The translations under genes were made by a program, and so were the position numbers. A stretch of 64,000 nucleotides of DNA, taken from the human T2T-CHM13v2.0 reference genome, Homo sapiens. The stretch lies in assembly GCF_009914755.1 (NCBI RefSeq), contig NC_060930.1; one strand, written 5' to 3'. The notes beneath the pieces are model-generated. The model was not told where the DNA came from and ran no database searches. It was given only the letters and a program-made list of their open reading frames with translations. This document shows, piece after piece, positions 1 to 19,174 of this stretch; position 1 is the stretch's first letter; each line of letters begins with the position of its first letter.

Positions 1-1270
1 TGTCTCCCTTAGCATCTTCCTTTTTCCTATTTTTTCTTGTAAGTTTACAAAGGTCAGATGCCAGTATGATCTAGAATAAGAGGTTTTGTGGCTGACTTTG
101 AAAGGTTACTTTAGAGAAAAATCTCATGAAGCAGCAGTACTCCAAAGTGCTGTGGGGAATGTGGCTAAAATCTTGTTACATCCTAATGGAGCTTCTAACA
201 CATTAGACATATAGAGCATCGGATTCCAGAATGTGTCTGAGGGATTTAGTCTCTAGTTACTAAAAGGAAACAAAGAGGCATCTCAAGGTTAGAGTTACAC
301 TGACGAGGTCATGTTCATGGGACATCAAAGCAATGTGGAAATCAATTCTACCATCATAGCAAAGCCTGAAGTGCCTGTTTAATGATTAATTAGAATAATA
401 ATTGAAATGCAACATAATTATGATAAAGAAGGAAATGCCAGAGGCTTCTTTTCTCCATGGACTACAATACCATAGTGAATTGGGCCTTTCAAAATCCAGA
501 AACTTTTTATTGGCTGTTTGTTTCACGAAAGCAGAAATACTCCAGGATGTGTTTTCAGTAATTAAGGTAATCTTTATAATACGTATTTTTCTTTAGCCCA
601 GCTGACTATCCAAATGAGTGAGTGTTTGGTGACTAATGTAAATATCTGTATGAACCAATTCCAGATATTTTAGCTGTGAATGTCTTGATAATAATTATAA
701 TAGAGCAAAATGAGTGTTCCTCATTTTAATGTGACCTAATAACACCATATCATTTAAGACAATATTTATTTTTTAGTATAATATGAACTGGTCCTAATAC
801 TGAGGTATGCTCATACCTTAGAGTATCAACACTAGAGAGTTATTACAATTAATGACTGGCTTTCTATTGTGTTACAGCCAGTTAAATTTTTTTTTTCAAA
901 ATTCTCTTCTGCAAGTCATTTCTGAGGTCTTCTTGCAAACCAATTGCACAGTCATAACATCTATACAAGTATTTGCTTATTACCTTGGCCAGAAAAATCT
1001 CTTTTCAAGGCTGCTTCACAGGGTTTCTTGAGTATGCATGAGTCAACACACATGTTCATAGAGGAGAAGATTGTGCTGATTTGCTCTACACCAACGTTCT
1101 GTTAAAGGTGGAACCAAGTCACTTCTGTCACTGATCAGAACACCGCTTATAACCAAATAAAATAAAAATAAAAAATTTAAAATACTTAGCCTAGACCTGA
1201 CTGCAATATCTAACAAAACTTTCCTGGATGCTTAAGTATTAAGCGAAGTACAATACAGAAAGTGACTTCC

Positions 1271-3799
<2,529 letters not shown>

Positions 3800-4446
3800 A
3801 AAGTGACTTCCCCTAGTAACAAAGGTGATTACTTTCAGGGCCCAAAGGTCCAAGACAAATATCAGGATCCCTGAAAGTTTTCATATGTTCGAGGTCTACT
3901 TAATCACAATCTATCAAAATTTTCTGGTTTTATTTTGCCTTAGTTCACCAGATTTCTGCCTTAGTTCACCAGATTCTTCATTTCTACGTCCTGATTCCAA
4001 AAGCTTCAATAGTCATGAAAATGTCATCTTCCTTCAAATTCAAGGATTGTTACCACTCAAAAGTTAGACACAGCACACATATCCATTTATTTATGTGTGA
4101 AGTCCTCTCTCCTATCTGCTGTGGATCATTCAATCTCCAGGTCTCCCAGAGAATATCACAGTATTTTTTCAAAGTCTGAAATAATTCATCACAAAATACA
4201 AAACACTATATGTGGGCAACCAGCAGTCTAGTCTAACTCCATTTGAAAACTTAAAATGATTTTCTAAGTCTTTGAAAATGCACATGCATTTTGTTTTCAC
4301 ATGCACACACATATGAGTGCTCTCATACAGGAATAAGTAAATTAATTTATATTTGTATAAACATAGTACTGTTCTGCTGGTTTTCTATTAAGTAAAGGAA
4401 GACTCCTAATAGAATGGATGCTTTCTTTGCTAGAAAAAGAATTCAT

Positions 4447-4838
4447 GTGATATTGGCTGATTTGTGTTCCCCCCAATTCATATGTTGAATCCCTAAATCT
4501 GAGTACCACAGAATGCAACCCATTTGGAGACAAGATATTTAAAGAAGCAATTAAGTAAAAATTAGGTCAATAAGATGAGTTCTAATCCAATATATCTGGT
4601 GTCCTTTTAAAAAGACAGACAGAGACACCAGACAAATGCACACACTAAGAGACAATCACGTGAACACACAGCAAGAAGGCAGCCATCTGCAAGCCAAGGA
4701 GAGGCCTCAGCAAAAACCAAACCCGCTGACACCTTGACGTCAGATTTCTCAACTCCAGAACTGTGGGAAAATACATTGCTGTTGTTTAAGCCATCCAGTC
4801 TCTTGTATTTTGTTGTGGCAGCCCTGGTAAAATAATAC
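4447..4838 (+). mobile_element. MaLR solo LTR (MLT1B-like)
   Basis: Recognisable MLT1 motifs: CCCCCCAATTCATATGTTGAA, GACACCTTGACGTCAGATTTC and TTTGTTGTGGCAGCCCT. Confidence 0.8.
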
Positions 4839-5689
4839 GTGGCGCTTAATAGATTTTGAATTAAAATGATCTTAACAAGCATAGTAATACTAACGTGAAC
4901 ACTATTTTTTTTCCACCTGGTACCTATTACCTTATGTACAGATAATAATATATACAACATATAAAATAATTACTCCATAAATTACAGAAAAATATCACTA
5001 TCATTGAATCATGTACTTTAACATATGAGTGACTATATTGTAACTTTTTCTTATAGCTTAGATAGAAACTTGAAACCTAGAAAGGTTTGAGTATTTGTTT
5101 TTTTTTAATTTAAATTTAATTGACTTTCTGAAGTTCAAAGTGATGCTTTATATATGACATAATTAATCTCTCATTTGAATTCTATGATGTTGGCAGGGAC
5201 AATTTTACTTTTCCCATCATGAATTTTTTTGGTGTGAATTTAAAATAAATAAAATCACCAAAAGAAAAACTGAGAAAAAATTACCTACACAGCTGAATCT
5301 TTGAGGTACACTAATCAATTTGATTTTGTTTTATAGAGTGCCTTTTGTATTGAATAGTCACATTACATAATTTTTGAAAAAAATACTTTTTTTGAGCACT
5401 TCCTGTGTATAAAGTCTTATGCTAGTTACAACACAAGCATCATTGTTTTAAGCATCACCACACACGCATCATACCTGTGTCTTCCTAATTTACAGACAAA
5501 AGGTTCAGAAAATTAAATAATTTGCCTAAGATTGCAAAACTAGTAATCAACAAAACCAATGTTAGGGATTATTCAAATTCTAAACCAAGGCTTCTAAGTG
5601 TCACACAATATTTTTAAGAAGGGTTAGCCTGAAGGAGGATTCCCAAATGATGAAGCTTAGACATATTGTATGTATCTAAGTATGTTTGT

Positions 5690-5836
5690 ATAAACACATT
5701 GTACACATTTCTATATATGAAGGTATTCATAATATATAAGCATATGTATACATATATTTGAATGTAAATATGTGTGTATATATACACATATGCATACATA
5801 TATGTGTGCTTATATATACTTACACATACACACACG
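5690..5836. repeat. (TA/TG/CA) low-complexity tract
   Basis: Alternating purine-pyrimidine run seen directly. Confidence 0.8.
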
Positions 5837-7589
5837 GACTTATTTTTCTATGTAATCATGATACATTTTGGAGAAGTGTGGTAAGTTAAAAGTAAAATAT
5901 TATAGAATATTAAAAAATAATTAAAAGTAAATTTAAGTATTTTACTCAATTTCTTTAAGCACATTAAAGTATACTTCATAAAAAACATAGCAAAATTTCA
6001 TCACCCTATCCTCCCCTCTCAAAATTAGTAGAATCCCTAAATTACTCTTGAGATTTTCATAGATAGAGTAGGAAATAATGAACTTAACCACTTTAACCAA
6101 TTAAAAGGAAAAATACAATCAATTCAACTATCATAGAAAATATCCTTTGATAAAGTTCTATACAGATCTTGGTATAAAATGTTTGGATTACTAGAAACAA
6201 TATATATATTTTTTTACTTGACAAACTGCATCAACTAAAACTTAACATCGCTTCAGAAATAAAATGATAGAACTAATCTCATTAAGTTAAAGAGTACAAT
6301 AAACTGACCTAGAATCACTATTTCTCTCTGCATCATCTAGGAGATCCTAGGCACCCAAAATTAAAAGAAATTAGCAAGATCTGATTATCCAGTGATGTAT
6401 TAGAGTCTGTTGACATGGGTTAACATTAATAAATGAAAAGAATATGTTTATCTGAAGTACCATCTTATTTCTGGTCAGAAAATGAGCAAATCACGTACGT
6501 GCTTACACTCGCTAAATTGGACACCACAGACCAAAGCTGGGACATAAATCTAGTAGAACAAAATGTCAATATTCATTATTGGTTATAGCTTAATCTAGAA
6601 GTACAGACACCCACTGATTTTACTCTCTGCACCAGCACATCCTCAACAAAGAATTCAGGGCACACTGTCACATTGGAGGATATAGCCATTGAAGTTGTGC
6701 GCAATACCTATGACTCAGCGGAGAGTTGAAGATTTGAGGAGCTTTCTTTTGGGAGAACCAGAGCTATATGAAATGAAAGGAGAAATAAAAATGTCACTGG
6801 AGAAGGAAGAATTAGAATCTTTATTCTAGGATTGGCAGACTGTATCAGTAATTCATGAATATTGTTTGGGAGATGCGTGTGCTTCCAGTCTGAGCCAGCT
6901 GGGAAATCATCTGGGTTTTTCTAAAGAATACTGTCCCATTGTCCTCAGAGTGAATCATGAGGACTCTGAGTTCTTAGAGAGGAAAGGAGATTAAACAGCA
7001 TTAGGATGACATAAATTTTGTTTGAGAATATAGAAATATTATTAATTCCAAAGTTATTAACACTGTCCAATACATTAAGAATAAAACTTGTTCAAGATGA
7101 TAAATTATTGATAAATATTCGTATGAGAAATAAGTCAGACAACTAGAGATAATATGTGTAGGTGGTTGTTTGTTGGTCAAAATTGTGAACACTTGTTAGG
7201 ATGGATAACTTTATTTGGTGTTCTCAGGACATCCCTATGGGGATTAGAAAGTCTGCATTTTGAAGAGGTGGTAAAATTAAAAAAATTCTTCTTTCATGAT
7301 AGATTTCTCACCTGCAGGGTATTAGCGAACATGCTTTAGATTGGAAAGATGATACACACATGCATACACACACATGCTTTCAACTTCACAGACTCAAATG
7401 ATTTCACAAACTGAAAACTTGTAGCACTCTAATAATGTTTTAGGAAAACTGTATTCTAAAGAAAACAAAACAAATAAATCAATATGTTGCTTGGGTCATA
7501 ATTACAATGCTTGTCAATTATAAATTCCTGACCTCCATAAATGTCCATTTTTGGTTAATGGACATAGACTCATAAAGGAATTATGTCAT

Positions 7590-8110
<521 letters not shown>

Positions 8111-8111
8111 G

Positions 8112-8395
8112 TTTCTCCACATCTTTGCCAACACTTGTGTTATCTCTTATCTTTTTTGATAGTAGCCATCATCTTAGGTATGAAGTGTTATCTCATTGTA
8201 GTGTTGATTTGCATTACCCTGATGATGAGTCAGACAAAAAAAAGACTAATATTGCAGAATCTCATTTATATGTGGAATCTTAAAAAGTTAAACTTATAGA
8301 AGTAGACAGCGGAATGGTGGTTACTAGGGGCATGGACATATAAAAAAGGGGGTGGGTCAGTCAAATGGTATAAATTGCAGTTATAACACCAAAAG
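8112..8395. mobile_element. Old L1M 3' region with inversion (minus 8112-~8230, plus ~8230-8395); its 3' end resumes at ~14475-14612
   Basis: Antisense ORF2-end motif (GATTTGCATTACCCTGATGAT) abuts sense 3'UTR motif (TCTCATTTATATGTGGAATCT). Terminal 3'UTR motif (GATGTGTTAACTGACTTGAT) follows the younger L1. Confidence 0.6.
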
Positions 8396-8756
8396 CTCAG
8401 AGTGTCTGGGTGCTTTCTTGCATTTGAGTACTTTCCTGGTGGCCTGAGAGCATTTCAGATCTCCTAGTGCACCCAGAAGCCAACCCAAGGATCTGGAGAA
8501 TGGAACCACAAGCCAGTCTTGTTGTCCCAGGAATTCAGCATGCAGCTTAGGAGTGCCAAGCCAAGATCTGTGGCCATTACTCAAGCAGGGGAGGAGCCTA
8601 CACTCAGAATAGGTGGGGATTGATGGGGTGGCACAGGAAATGGTTATGTCCCCCCTGACCGGGCCAGTTCAAAAAGTGTGTGGCTTATCCCCATAATACA
8701 GCATCTGCCCAAAGGAGCCCCACGGTCCAGAACAGCTAATAAAAGAAACAGAGGCA

Positions 8757-9211
<455 letters not shown>

Positions 9212-11475
9212 CTACTGTCATTACTCTTATGTCTCTTATGTGTCATTTAGTGGATCACAGCCCAAACTAAAACATCAAATATCTTTTGCTAATATACTTC
9301 TCCGTGAAACCAAGAGCAAGAACTCAGCCACAAATAAAGACCTTGTACGGAGGTCTGGCCCTCTGAAAACACCCAAAAAGAAAAGCCAACTGACCGTACT
9401 CAACTTAGTCACCTTTAAAAGAACACCAGCCCTCTCAGAGGAGAAAGAATCAGCACAAGTACTCTGGCAATTTAAAAAGCCAGAGTGTGTACTTACTTCC
9501 AAAAGAGTCCACTAGCTCCCCGGTAATGGTTCTTAACCAGTCTGAAATGACTGAGATGATGGACGTAGAATTCAGAATTTGTATAGCAAGAAAGCACATC
9601 AAGACTTAGGATAAAATTAAAACCCAATCCAAGGAATGCAAGGAATATAGTAAAATGATGGAAGGACTGAAAGATTAGTAACTTTTAAAAGAAAGAACGA
9701 CACTGAACTTCTAGAGCTCAAAAATTCACTACAAGATATATAATCGGAAGTATTAACAGCAAAATGGACCAAGGTGAGGAAAGAATCTCAGAGCTCAGTA
9801 ACTGGTCCTTTAAACCAGGCTTAATTAGACAAAAAATAAATACAAAATAAGTTTAAAATGAACAAAACCATAGAGAAATATGGGATTCTATAAGGAGATC
9901 AAATATATGACTCATTGCAATTCCTGGGAGAAAAGGAGAAAGAATGAAAGACTTGTAAAATACACTTGAGGACATAGGCCATGAAAAATTTCTTAATCTT
10001 GCTAGTGAAATTGACTTGCAAATTCAAGAAATAGAGAGCATTCTGGCCAGATGCTGTAAAAGTCAACCATCCCCAAGGCTTAAAATTAGATTCACCAAGG
10101 TCAACACAAAAGGAAAAATCTTAAAGGCTGCCAGAAAGAAGAGTCAGGTCATATATATTATATACAGACAGAACCCCATCAGGCTGGCAATGGACCTCTC
10201 AGTAGAAGTTTTACAAACCAGAAGAGATAGGGCTTAGTTTCAGCAACTTAAAAAAAGGAAATGCCAATGAAGACTTTCATATCCCACCAAACTAAACTTC
10301 ATCAATGAAGAAATAAAATTCTTCTCAGAAAAGCAAATACTGAGGAAATTTGTTTCCATTAGACCAGCCTTACAAGAGGGCCTTAAGGAAATGCTGAACG
10401 TGAAATTGAAAAATGACACCTGCTACTGCAAAAACACACTTAAGCACATAGCCCGCAGACACTGTAAAGCAACTACATGTTCAAGTCTACATCACACTCA
10501 GCTAACAACATGATGAAAGGATCAAAATCTCACATATCAATACTAACCTTGAGTTTAAATGGATTAAACACCCCACTTAGAAGACACAGAGTGGCAGGCG
10601 GGATAAAAAGACAAGAATTAACTGCCTTTTGTCTTCAAGAGACCTATAATGAAATCCACAAGCTCAAAGCAAAATGATAGAGAATGATCTACCAAGCAAA
10701 AGGACAACAACAAAAAAGAGCAAGAATCACTATTCTTGTATCAGATAAAACAGACTTAAAACCAATAATAATTAAGAAAGGCATTACGTAATGATAAAGG
10801 ATATAATCCAACAAGAAGACATAACTAACTGTCTTAAATATATATGCACCCAACATTGGAGCACCCAGATTGATAAAACAAGTTCCTCTTTATCTACCAA
10901 AAGACTTATTTAGCCACACATTCATAGTGGAAGACATCAACACCCCAGTGACAGCATTAGACAGATTATCAAAGCAGAACTCTAACAAAGAAACTTAACT
11001 TTGACACTTGACTTAAACTTGACACTAGACCAAATGTATCTAATAGGCATCCAAAGAACACTCCACCCAGCAACCACAGAATATACATTCTTCTGACCTT
11101 CACACAGAACATGTTCTAATATTGACCACATGGTCAGTCATAAAGCAAGTCTCAATAAATTCAAAGAATTAGATATCATACCAAGCACACTTTCAGAACA
11201 GAATGCAATAAAAAAATAGAAGTGAATATCAATAAAATCTCTCAAAATTACACAAATACATTAAAATTAAACAATTTACTCCTGAATAACTAACTCTTCA
11301 GGGAACATCAAAATTAAGGCAGAAATAAAAAATTCATTGGAATTAATGAAAATAAGGACAAAACTTATCAAAATCTCTGGGATGTAGCTAAAGCAGTGGT
11401 AAGAGAAAAGCTTATAGCCCTAAACACCTTCATCAAGAAGTTAGAAAGCTCTCAAATTATCAGTAAAAATAACTA

Positions 11476-11871
<396 letters not shown>

Positions 11872-14800
11872 CTATCTGAATTAACAACAACAGCACAAGA
11901 AGAAAATCCCATCAGAAATTAGAAAGAAAATATTACAAATGATTTTTCAGAAATACAAAACATCTCAGACAACTATGAACAACTCTATGCACAAAAATTA
12001 CAAAATCTGGAGACAATATATATATATTTCTGGAAACAGATAATACCTCAGAATTGAACTAGGAAAAAAAATAAAATCCTGAATAGACCAATATCAAGTT
12101 CTGAAATTGTATCAGTAACAAAAAACCTACCAACCAAAAAAAGCCCTGGACCAGATGGATTTACAGTCAAATTCTCTCATATGTATAAAAAAGAACTGAC
12201 ATCAATCCTACTGAAACTATTCCAAAAAATTGAGGGAGACTCCTTCCTAACTAATTTTATGAAACCAGCATCAACCTGATACCATAATCTGGCAGAGACA
12301 CAGTGAAAAAAAAAATCAAAAACAAAACTTCCTGCCAGTATCCCTGATGAACATAGCCATAAAAATACTCAACAAAATACTAGCATACTGTATCCAGCAG
12401 CACATCAAAAAATTAATTCACCATGATCAAGAAGGTTTTATTCCTGTGATGCAAAGTTGTTTCAACCCATACAAATCTATAAATATGATTCACCACATAA
12501 ACAGAATTAGACAGTAAAACCATATGATTATTTCAACAGATATAAAAAAAGACTTTTGATAAAATCCAACAGCCCTCCATGATAAAAAAACTCTCAACAG
12601 AGTTGGCATCACAAAACATAGGTCAAAATAATAAAAGCCATCTATGGTAAACTCACAGCCAACATCATACCAAATAGGCCAAAGCTGGAACCATTCCCCT
12701 TAAGAACTGCAAGACAAAGGTGCCCACTCTCACCACTCCTATTCAACATATACTAGAAGTTCTAGTCAGAGTAATAAAGTGAAAGAAAAAAATGAAAGGC
12801 ATCCATATAGAAAAAGAAGATGACACTAATAAATGGAAAAGCATTACATGCTCATGGATAGGAAGAATCAATATCATAAAAATAGCCATAATGCCCAAAG
12901 CAATTTAAAGATTCGACACTATTCCTAGCAAACTACCAATGTCATATGGAACCTAAAAAGATCCTAAATAACCAGTGCAATTCTAAGCAAATAGAACAAA
13001 TCCAGAGACATTGTACTACCAAAGCTCAAACTATACTGTAAGGCCACAGTCACAAAAATAGCATGATACTTGTATAAAAACACACATGTAGATCAATGGC
13101 ACAGAACAAAAAACCTGGAAATAAAGACTCACACTCACAATCACCTGATCTTCAACAAGGTGGACAATAATAAGCAATTGGGATAGGACTACCTATTTAA
13201 TAAGTAGTGCTGGGATAGTTGGCTAGTCACATACAGAAGAATGAATCTGGACCCCGAACTTTCACCGTATACAAAGCTAACTCAAGATTGATTAAAGCTT
13301 TTAAAATAAGTCCTCAAACTAAAATCCTAGAAGAAAACCTAGAAAATACCCTTCTTGATGTTGGCTATGGCCAATAATTTTTGGCTAAGTCCCCAAAAGC
13401 AATTTCAACAAAAACAGAAATTGACAGGTGTGATGTAAACTAAATTGCTTCTGCACAGAAAAATAAACTATTTACAAAGTAGACAACCTATAGAGTGGGA
13501 GAAAATATTCACAAATATATACAAATCACCTTGTATCTGACAAAAGTCTGATATCCAGAATCTATAATGAACTTAAACAAATCAAGAAACAAAAAACAAT
13601 CTCATTAATAAATAGGTTAACAGACACTTCTGAATAGAAGACATACAAGTGGCCGAAAAGTTCAACATCACTAATCATCAGAGAAATGCAAATCTGTACC
13701 ACAATGAGATACTATCTCATGCCACTCACAATGGCTATTACTAAAAAGTGAAAAAAGTAATAATAATAACAGATGCCAGCAAAGCTGTGGAGAATAGGGA
13801 ATGCGTATACACTGTTGCTGGGTATATGAAGTAGTTCAGCCACTGTGGAAAGTAGTTCGGAGATTTCTCAAAGAACTTATCATAGAGCTACAATTTGTCC
13901 CAGCAACCCTATCATTGCATATATGCCCAAAGGAAACATAGATCATTCTACCACATGGACACATGTACCTAAATGTTCATCATCATGCTGTTCACAACAG
14001 CAAAGACATGGAATCAACTGAGGTGCTCATTAGTGGTGGTGGATCGGGTAAAGAAAATGTGGTATAAATACATTATGGAGTACTACAGAGCCATAGAAAA
14101 AAAAACGAAATCAGGTCCTTTGCAGAAACATGGTTGCATTTGGTGGTCATAATAATAAGCAAATTAGTGCAGGAACACAAAACCAAATATGGCATTTCCT
14201 CACTTATAAGTGGGAAATAAATACTGAGCACACATGGACATAAACATGGGAAAAATAGACACTGTGGACTACTAGATGGGGTAGAAAAAACAGGTGATGT
14301 GAACTGAAAAACTACCTATCATGTACTATGCGTACTACTTGGGTGATGTGATGCATACCCCAAACCTCAGCATCACACAACAGACTCGTGTAACAAACTT
14401 CCATATGTACCCTCATATCTAAACTAAAAGTTGAAATTTAAAACAAAAACAAAAGCAAAACAAAGCAAACTAACTAGGTGAGATTATAGATGTGTTAACT
14501 GACTTGATCGTTGTTATCATTTCACATAATATACACATACCAAATAATTAGATAGTATGCATTAATCACACAATTTTTGAATTATACTTTATTAAACCTT
14601 CAAAATAAAAAAAAGAAAATGTCATTTGGTATAAATAATGCAAGGTCTATCTATCTAATACCAATGAGAGTTGTTTCCTGTTAAGTACAGAGTTTTTGTG
14701 AATTATTATGGAATTTTTCCTGCATTTATTGTGAAGTAGTAGTAATCATCGGAAATTGAAATTTGTTAATATTTTTACTTTTGAATATATTTTGGAAATG

Positions 14801-15043
14801 GAAAGTATAATGAGTTTTTTTCTTTTTATAATTCATCACAATGTAATGAATCTGGGATGTACAAAATCAAATGTGTATTTATTTATTCAATCACTCAAAT
14901 ATGTTTGTAAAGCTTTCAAAATAGGCATTACTCCTTTTTTAATGACGATCACAATCTAGTGGGTAATACCCATTTATTTCCTGCTGTTAATTAGATTGAT
15001 TAAATGTTACCCTGTGTCCTTGTCTCAAAATGCAAACTCTGTC

Positions 15044-15234
15044 TACGTCTTTAGTGGAAAATCTGTTAAAATGCTGAGAACTAGTTTTCAGTCAAGTCAG
15101 TCAGCCAATGGCTTACGTCTTTAGAGGAAAATCTGTTAAAATGCTGAGAACTAGTTTTCAGCCAAGTCGTCAGCCAATGGCTTACATCTTTAGAGGAAAA
15201 TCTGTTAAAATGCTGAGAACTAGTTTTCAGTCAA
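15044..15234. repeat. Tandem repeat, ~70-bp unit, ~2.7 copies
   Basis: TACGTCTTTAG(T/A)GGAAAATCTGTTAAAATGCTGAGAACTAGTTTTCAG... starts at 15044, 15114 and 15183. Confidence 0.95.
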
Positions 15235-15322
15235 ATCAATTGAATAAATAAATACACGTTTGAAATGACTTTGTGGGCATTAATAATTCACTTAATCTTT
15301 CTGCTTGGTACATTCTCACCTA

Positions 15323-15612
15323 GATCAGCGTTTCTCAGCCTTGGCTGCAAATTTGTATCATCTGGAAGTAGGACATGATAAAGAGAGAGAGAGCTAGAGA
15401 TACAGATAGATAGATACAGATAGAGATACAGATAGAGAGATACAGATAGATATACAGATAGTGAACTATCTCTGGGCATGAACAATCTCTGGGCATCAGG
15501 TAGAGATAGAGACAGACAGAAAATGAGAACCATCTCTGGGCATGAACCTGAGTATCTAAACTATTAACAATCTTGCCAGCTTACTCTGATGGACAGTTGA
15601 GAACCACTGGTC
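15323..15612. mobile_element. MER5-like (hAT-Charlie) DNA transposon remnant with internal (GA/GATA)n expansion
   Basis: Ends TCAGCGTTTCTCAGCCTTGGCTGCA and TTGAGAACCACTGG; internal GATA-rich tract and triplicated ATCTCTGGGCAT. Confidence 0.65.
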
Positions 15613-16710
15613 TACGCATGAAGCAATGCTAATCAATTTAAATAAAAATCCCATAAATATGTGTCTCCTAACACATTGCTATGGTCACATACTTCTTAGT
15701 TATCATTTATGGCTGTTAGTGACGATTTTCACCTACCTACCACAGATATCATGAGAATAATTAAAATAGCTTGTGGAAGTACATTTAGGGGATTTCTTTA
15801 AAATTACAAAATAGAACTTGGCTATAATCATCAAGATTATGACTAAAAAGGAGAAAAGAAATGCAAATTACGTTTTGGTCCTATAATTGGCTGTGTAATA
15901 ACAATAGATTGACTCTACATGTACACAGCATAAAGGGACGGAAAATGAGAATCTTAAGCCTGTGTTATTTGACCGAGGCAGTTTCTAAGGAATAATGCAC
16001 TTTATACACAGACATTAAAATACTTCTCAAGGATAAATAACCTACAAGTACTCCCGATTCCAAACGATGTTGCCAGGTACCTTTTGACCTTCATATCAGC
16101 TCTGAAGTGACTAGTAAATTGGATTACCCCACTGGGCATATTTATAGCAGTATTTAATTTTAACTACACAGAATGCACCTGTTTACTTAGACCTGATTTT
16201 AATATCAGAGTATCTGTGGAAGGCTTAATACAAATCCTTTTAAGAACTCTATTGACAGAATTTTCCAGCAGAAAAGTTGGTTTAAAAAAGTCAGAAGAGC
16301 AGGAACTACATCACTTTGCCTTGATTGGAAGAGACAAAGAGATTTTGAATTATTCTTAGGAAGATTTTTAAAAATCTAAAAATATTTGCTAAATATATGG
16401 AAGTGGTAGGTTTTCATTTAATCAACAAATTATTCAAGAAACTACAAATCTTGACTGTTGTTTTACATGAATATGGTACAGTAGGCTAATATATTAAACT
16501 ATTATTATTAACAAATATGGCTCCTAAGTGACATTAAGAAGAGATAAAAGGGATGAGCAAACCTGTGTACTAAAATACTTTTAAATATATGATAATAAAG
16601 TCAAACTAATTTAGCTTACTTTTTGCTTTTTGATATTGCAATAGACTTAATTTCTCTGACATTTGAATTCACGCACAAAGTCATCATGTCTCTCCATCCC
16701 CATGTTGTGA

Positions 16711-17088
<378 letters not shown>

Positions 17089-18144
17089 TTCCAAGTCTTA
17101 TGTAACAGTCTCTCATAAAAAATCTGAAGAATAAATCATAGTATTTATACTGTGATTATTCTAATTGCTCTGTAATTTCAAATGCAGAAAAACTGGTCAG
17201 TTAATGCAATAGCATGTCCAATACTATGTGGTTAACTAATTGCTCTCCCAACCAATATGTAATTGTATTATGAGAAATAAATCTATATATTTATGGGAGT
17301 GACAGAAACCTAAATGGACATTTCACTACTTTATTTGCACAGTTAGAATTTGTGGAATTCTAAGTACTAATATAGATTTAAGACATATGTCTTCCACATA
17401 GATGTTACTAGATATTATATGTTGTGGGGGAAAATTATTGACAATTAACCCAAATAAAAGCAAAACACTTAATAAAACTCATTGTGGAAGAAATTGAAGA
17501 TGAGAAAAAATATGGAATATATACATGGTCTTAGTCACTTTTTATATCACTTTTTTCTAATTGTTTGAATGAGATAGTCATGTCTGACCTAGGAAACTCA
17601 TTCTGTGAGTAAACTCCGAAATAGTGTTGCTAAATTACTTGTTCCTAGTCACAATTTCAGAAAGTGGTAATAGTGAAATTATGTTCCAGTTGTTGATTTC
17701 CTCTCCAAACCTCTTTTTGCTACAATTGGTTAGCATTATTCAAATCAAAACTTTAGAGTTTAGCCATATAAATATATAATTTTTATGACTATTGGAGTAA
17801 TTTTGATTTATAACAGATAATTACTTAATCGCTGGGAATAGGACTTTTGGCAAATTTCATATGAACGTCTTCTGTTTTCAATTACTGAAACATATTTGTA
17901 GAATTTACTCAGATTACTCACGGCCAAGACATGCACGCTCCCAATGACTGCTGCTGAGCTTCCTATTTCACAGTAGCCACAACTGTATAAAATATGGCTA
18001 CTGTGTTATATACCAAACTTTCCTAATCATGATTAAATAATCAAGTTTTATGACTCTCCTCTTTTAGAAGATGCAGTATGAACAAAATCATTATTGAGAA
18101 AGACCCTACTATGAATCTGTAGCTCTATTACTGACATCACACAT

Positions 18145-18645
18145 TGTAGTAAGCTGAATGATGGCCCCCAAAGATGTTTGCGTTGTTGTCTCCAAAATAT
18201 GTGAATATGCTACCTGCCATGTTGAATGAGATTTTGTAGATGTGATTAAGTACCTTAAGATGAAGAAATTATCCTGGTTATTCTGTTTGGCATGTAGTCG
18301 CATGGGTTCTTAAAAGCAGAGAATCATTCCTGGCTGTGGTCAGAAAGAGAGATGTGACTGTGGAAGAATGATGAGAGAGATAAAACTTTGTTGGCTTTGA
18401 TGCAGGATGGGGACCAAGAGCTAAGGAATGTCGACAGCCTCTAGAAGCTGAAAAAGTCAAGGAAATAAATTATTTCTTCTAGCCTCTAAAGAGGAACACT
18501 GTAGCCCTTTCAACATTGGGATTTTAGTTCAGTGAGACCCATGTTGGACTCCTAACTTATAGATCTGTAAGATGATGAACTTTTGTCGTTGTAAGCTGCC
18601 AAGTTTGTGGTAATTCAATACTCCAGCAATACAAAAATAATACAC
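18145..18645 (+). mobile_element. MLT1D-like MaLR LTR
   Basis: TGTAGTAAGCTGAATGATGGCCCCCAAAGATG ... GCCTCTAGAAGCTG ... AAGTTTGTGGTAAT ... TAATACA. Confidence 0.85.
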
Positions 18646-18796
18646 AGCTCAAAAGCCTCAGCTATTCAAAAATCTACATTTCAATGTATTATTACCTTTC
18701 AGGATCCAGATTGTCAATGGACCTTACCACCAATATCCTCTCCATCTACTCATATATTGTTCAGATAAAACAAAGTATGGGAACTAATCAATCTAA

Positions 18797-19174
<378 letters not shown>

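Noticed and set aside
3935-3978. Short local duplications (also 21356-21398, 34315-34348, 56801-56857)
   Set aside because: Ordinary slippage-type microduplications with no further structure.
15044-15234. 70-bp repeats as a CRISPR-like array
   Set aside because: Units are contiguous and identical throughout, with no unique spacers; this is a plain tandem repeat.
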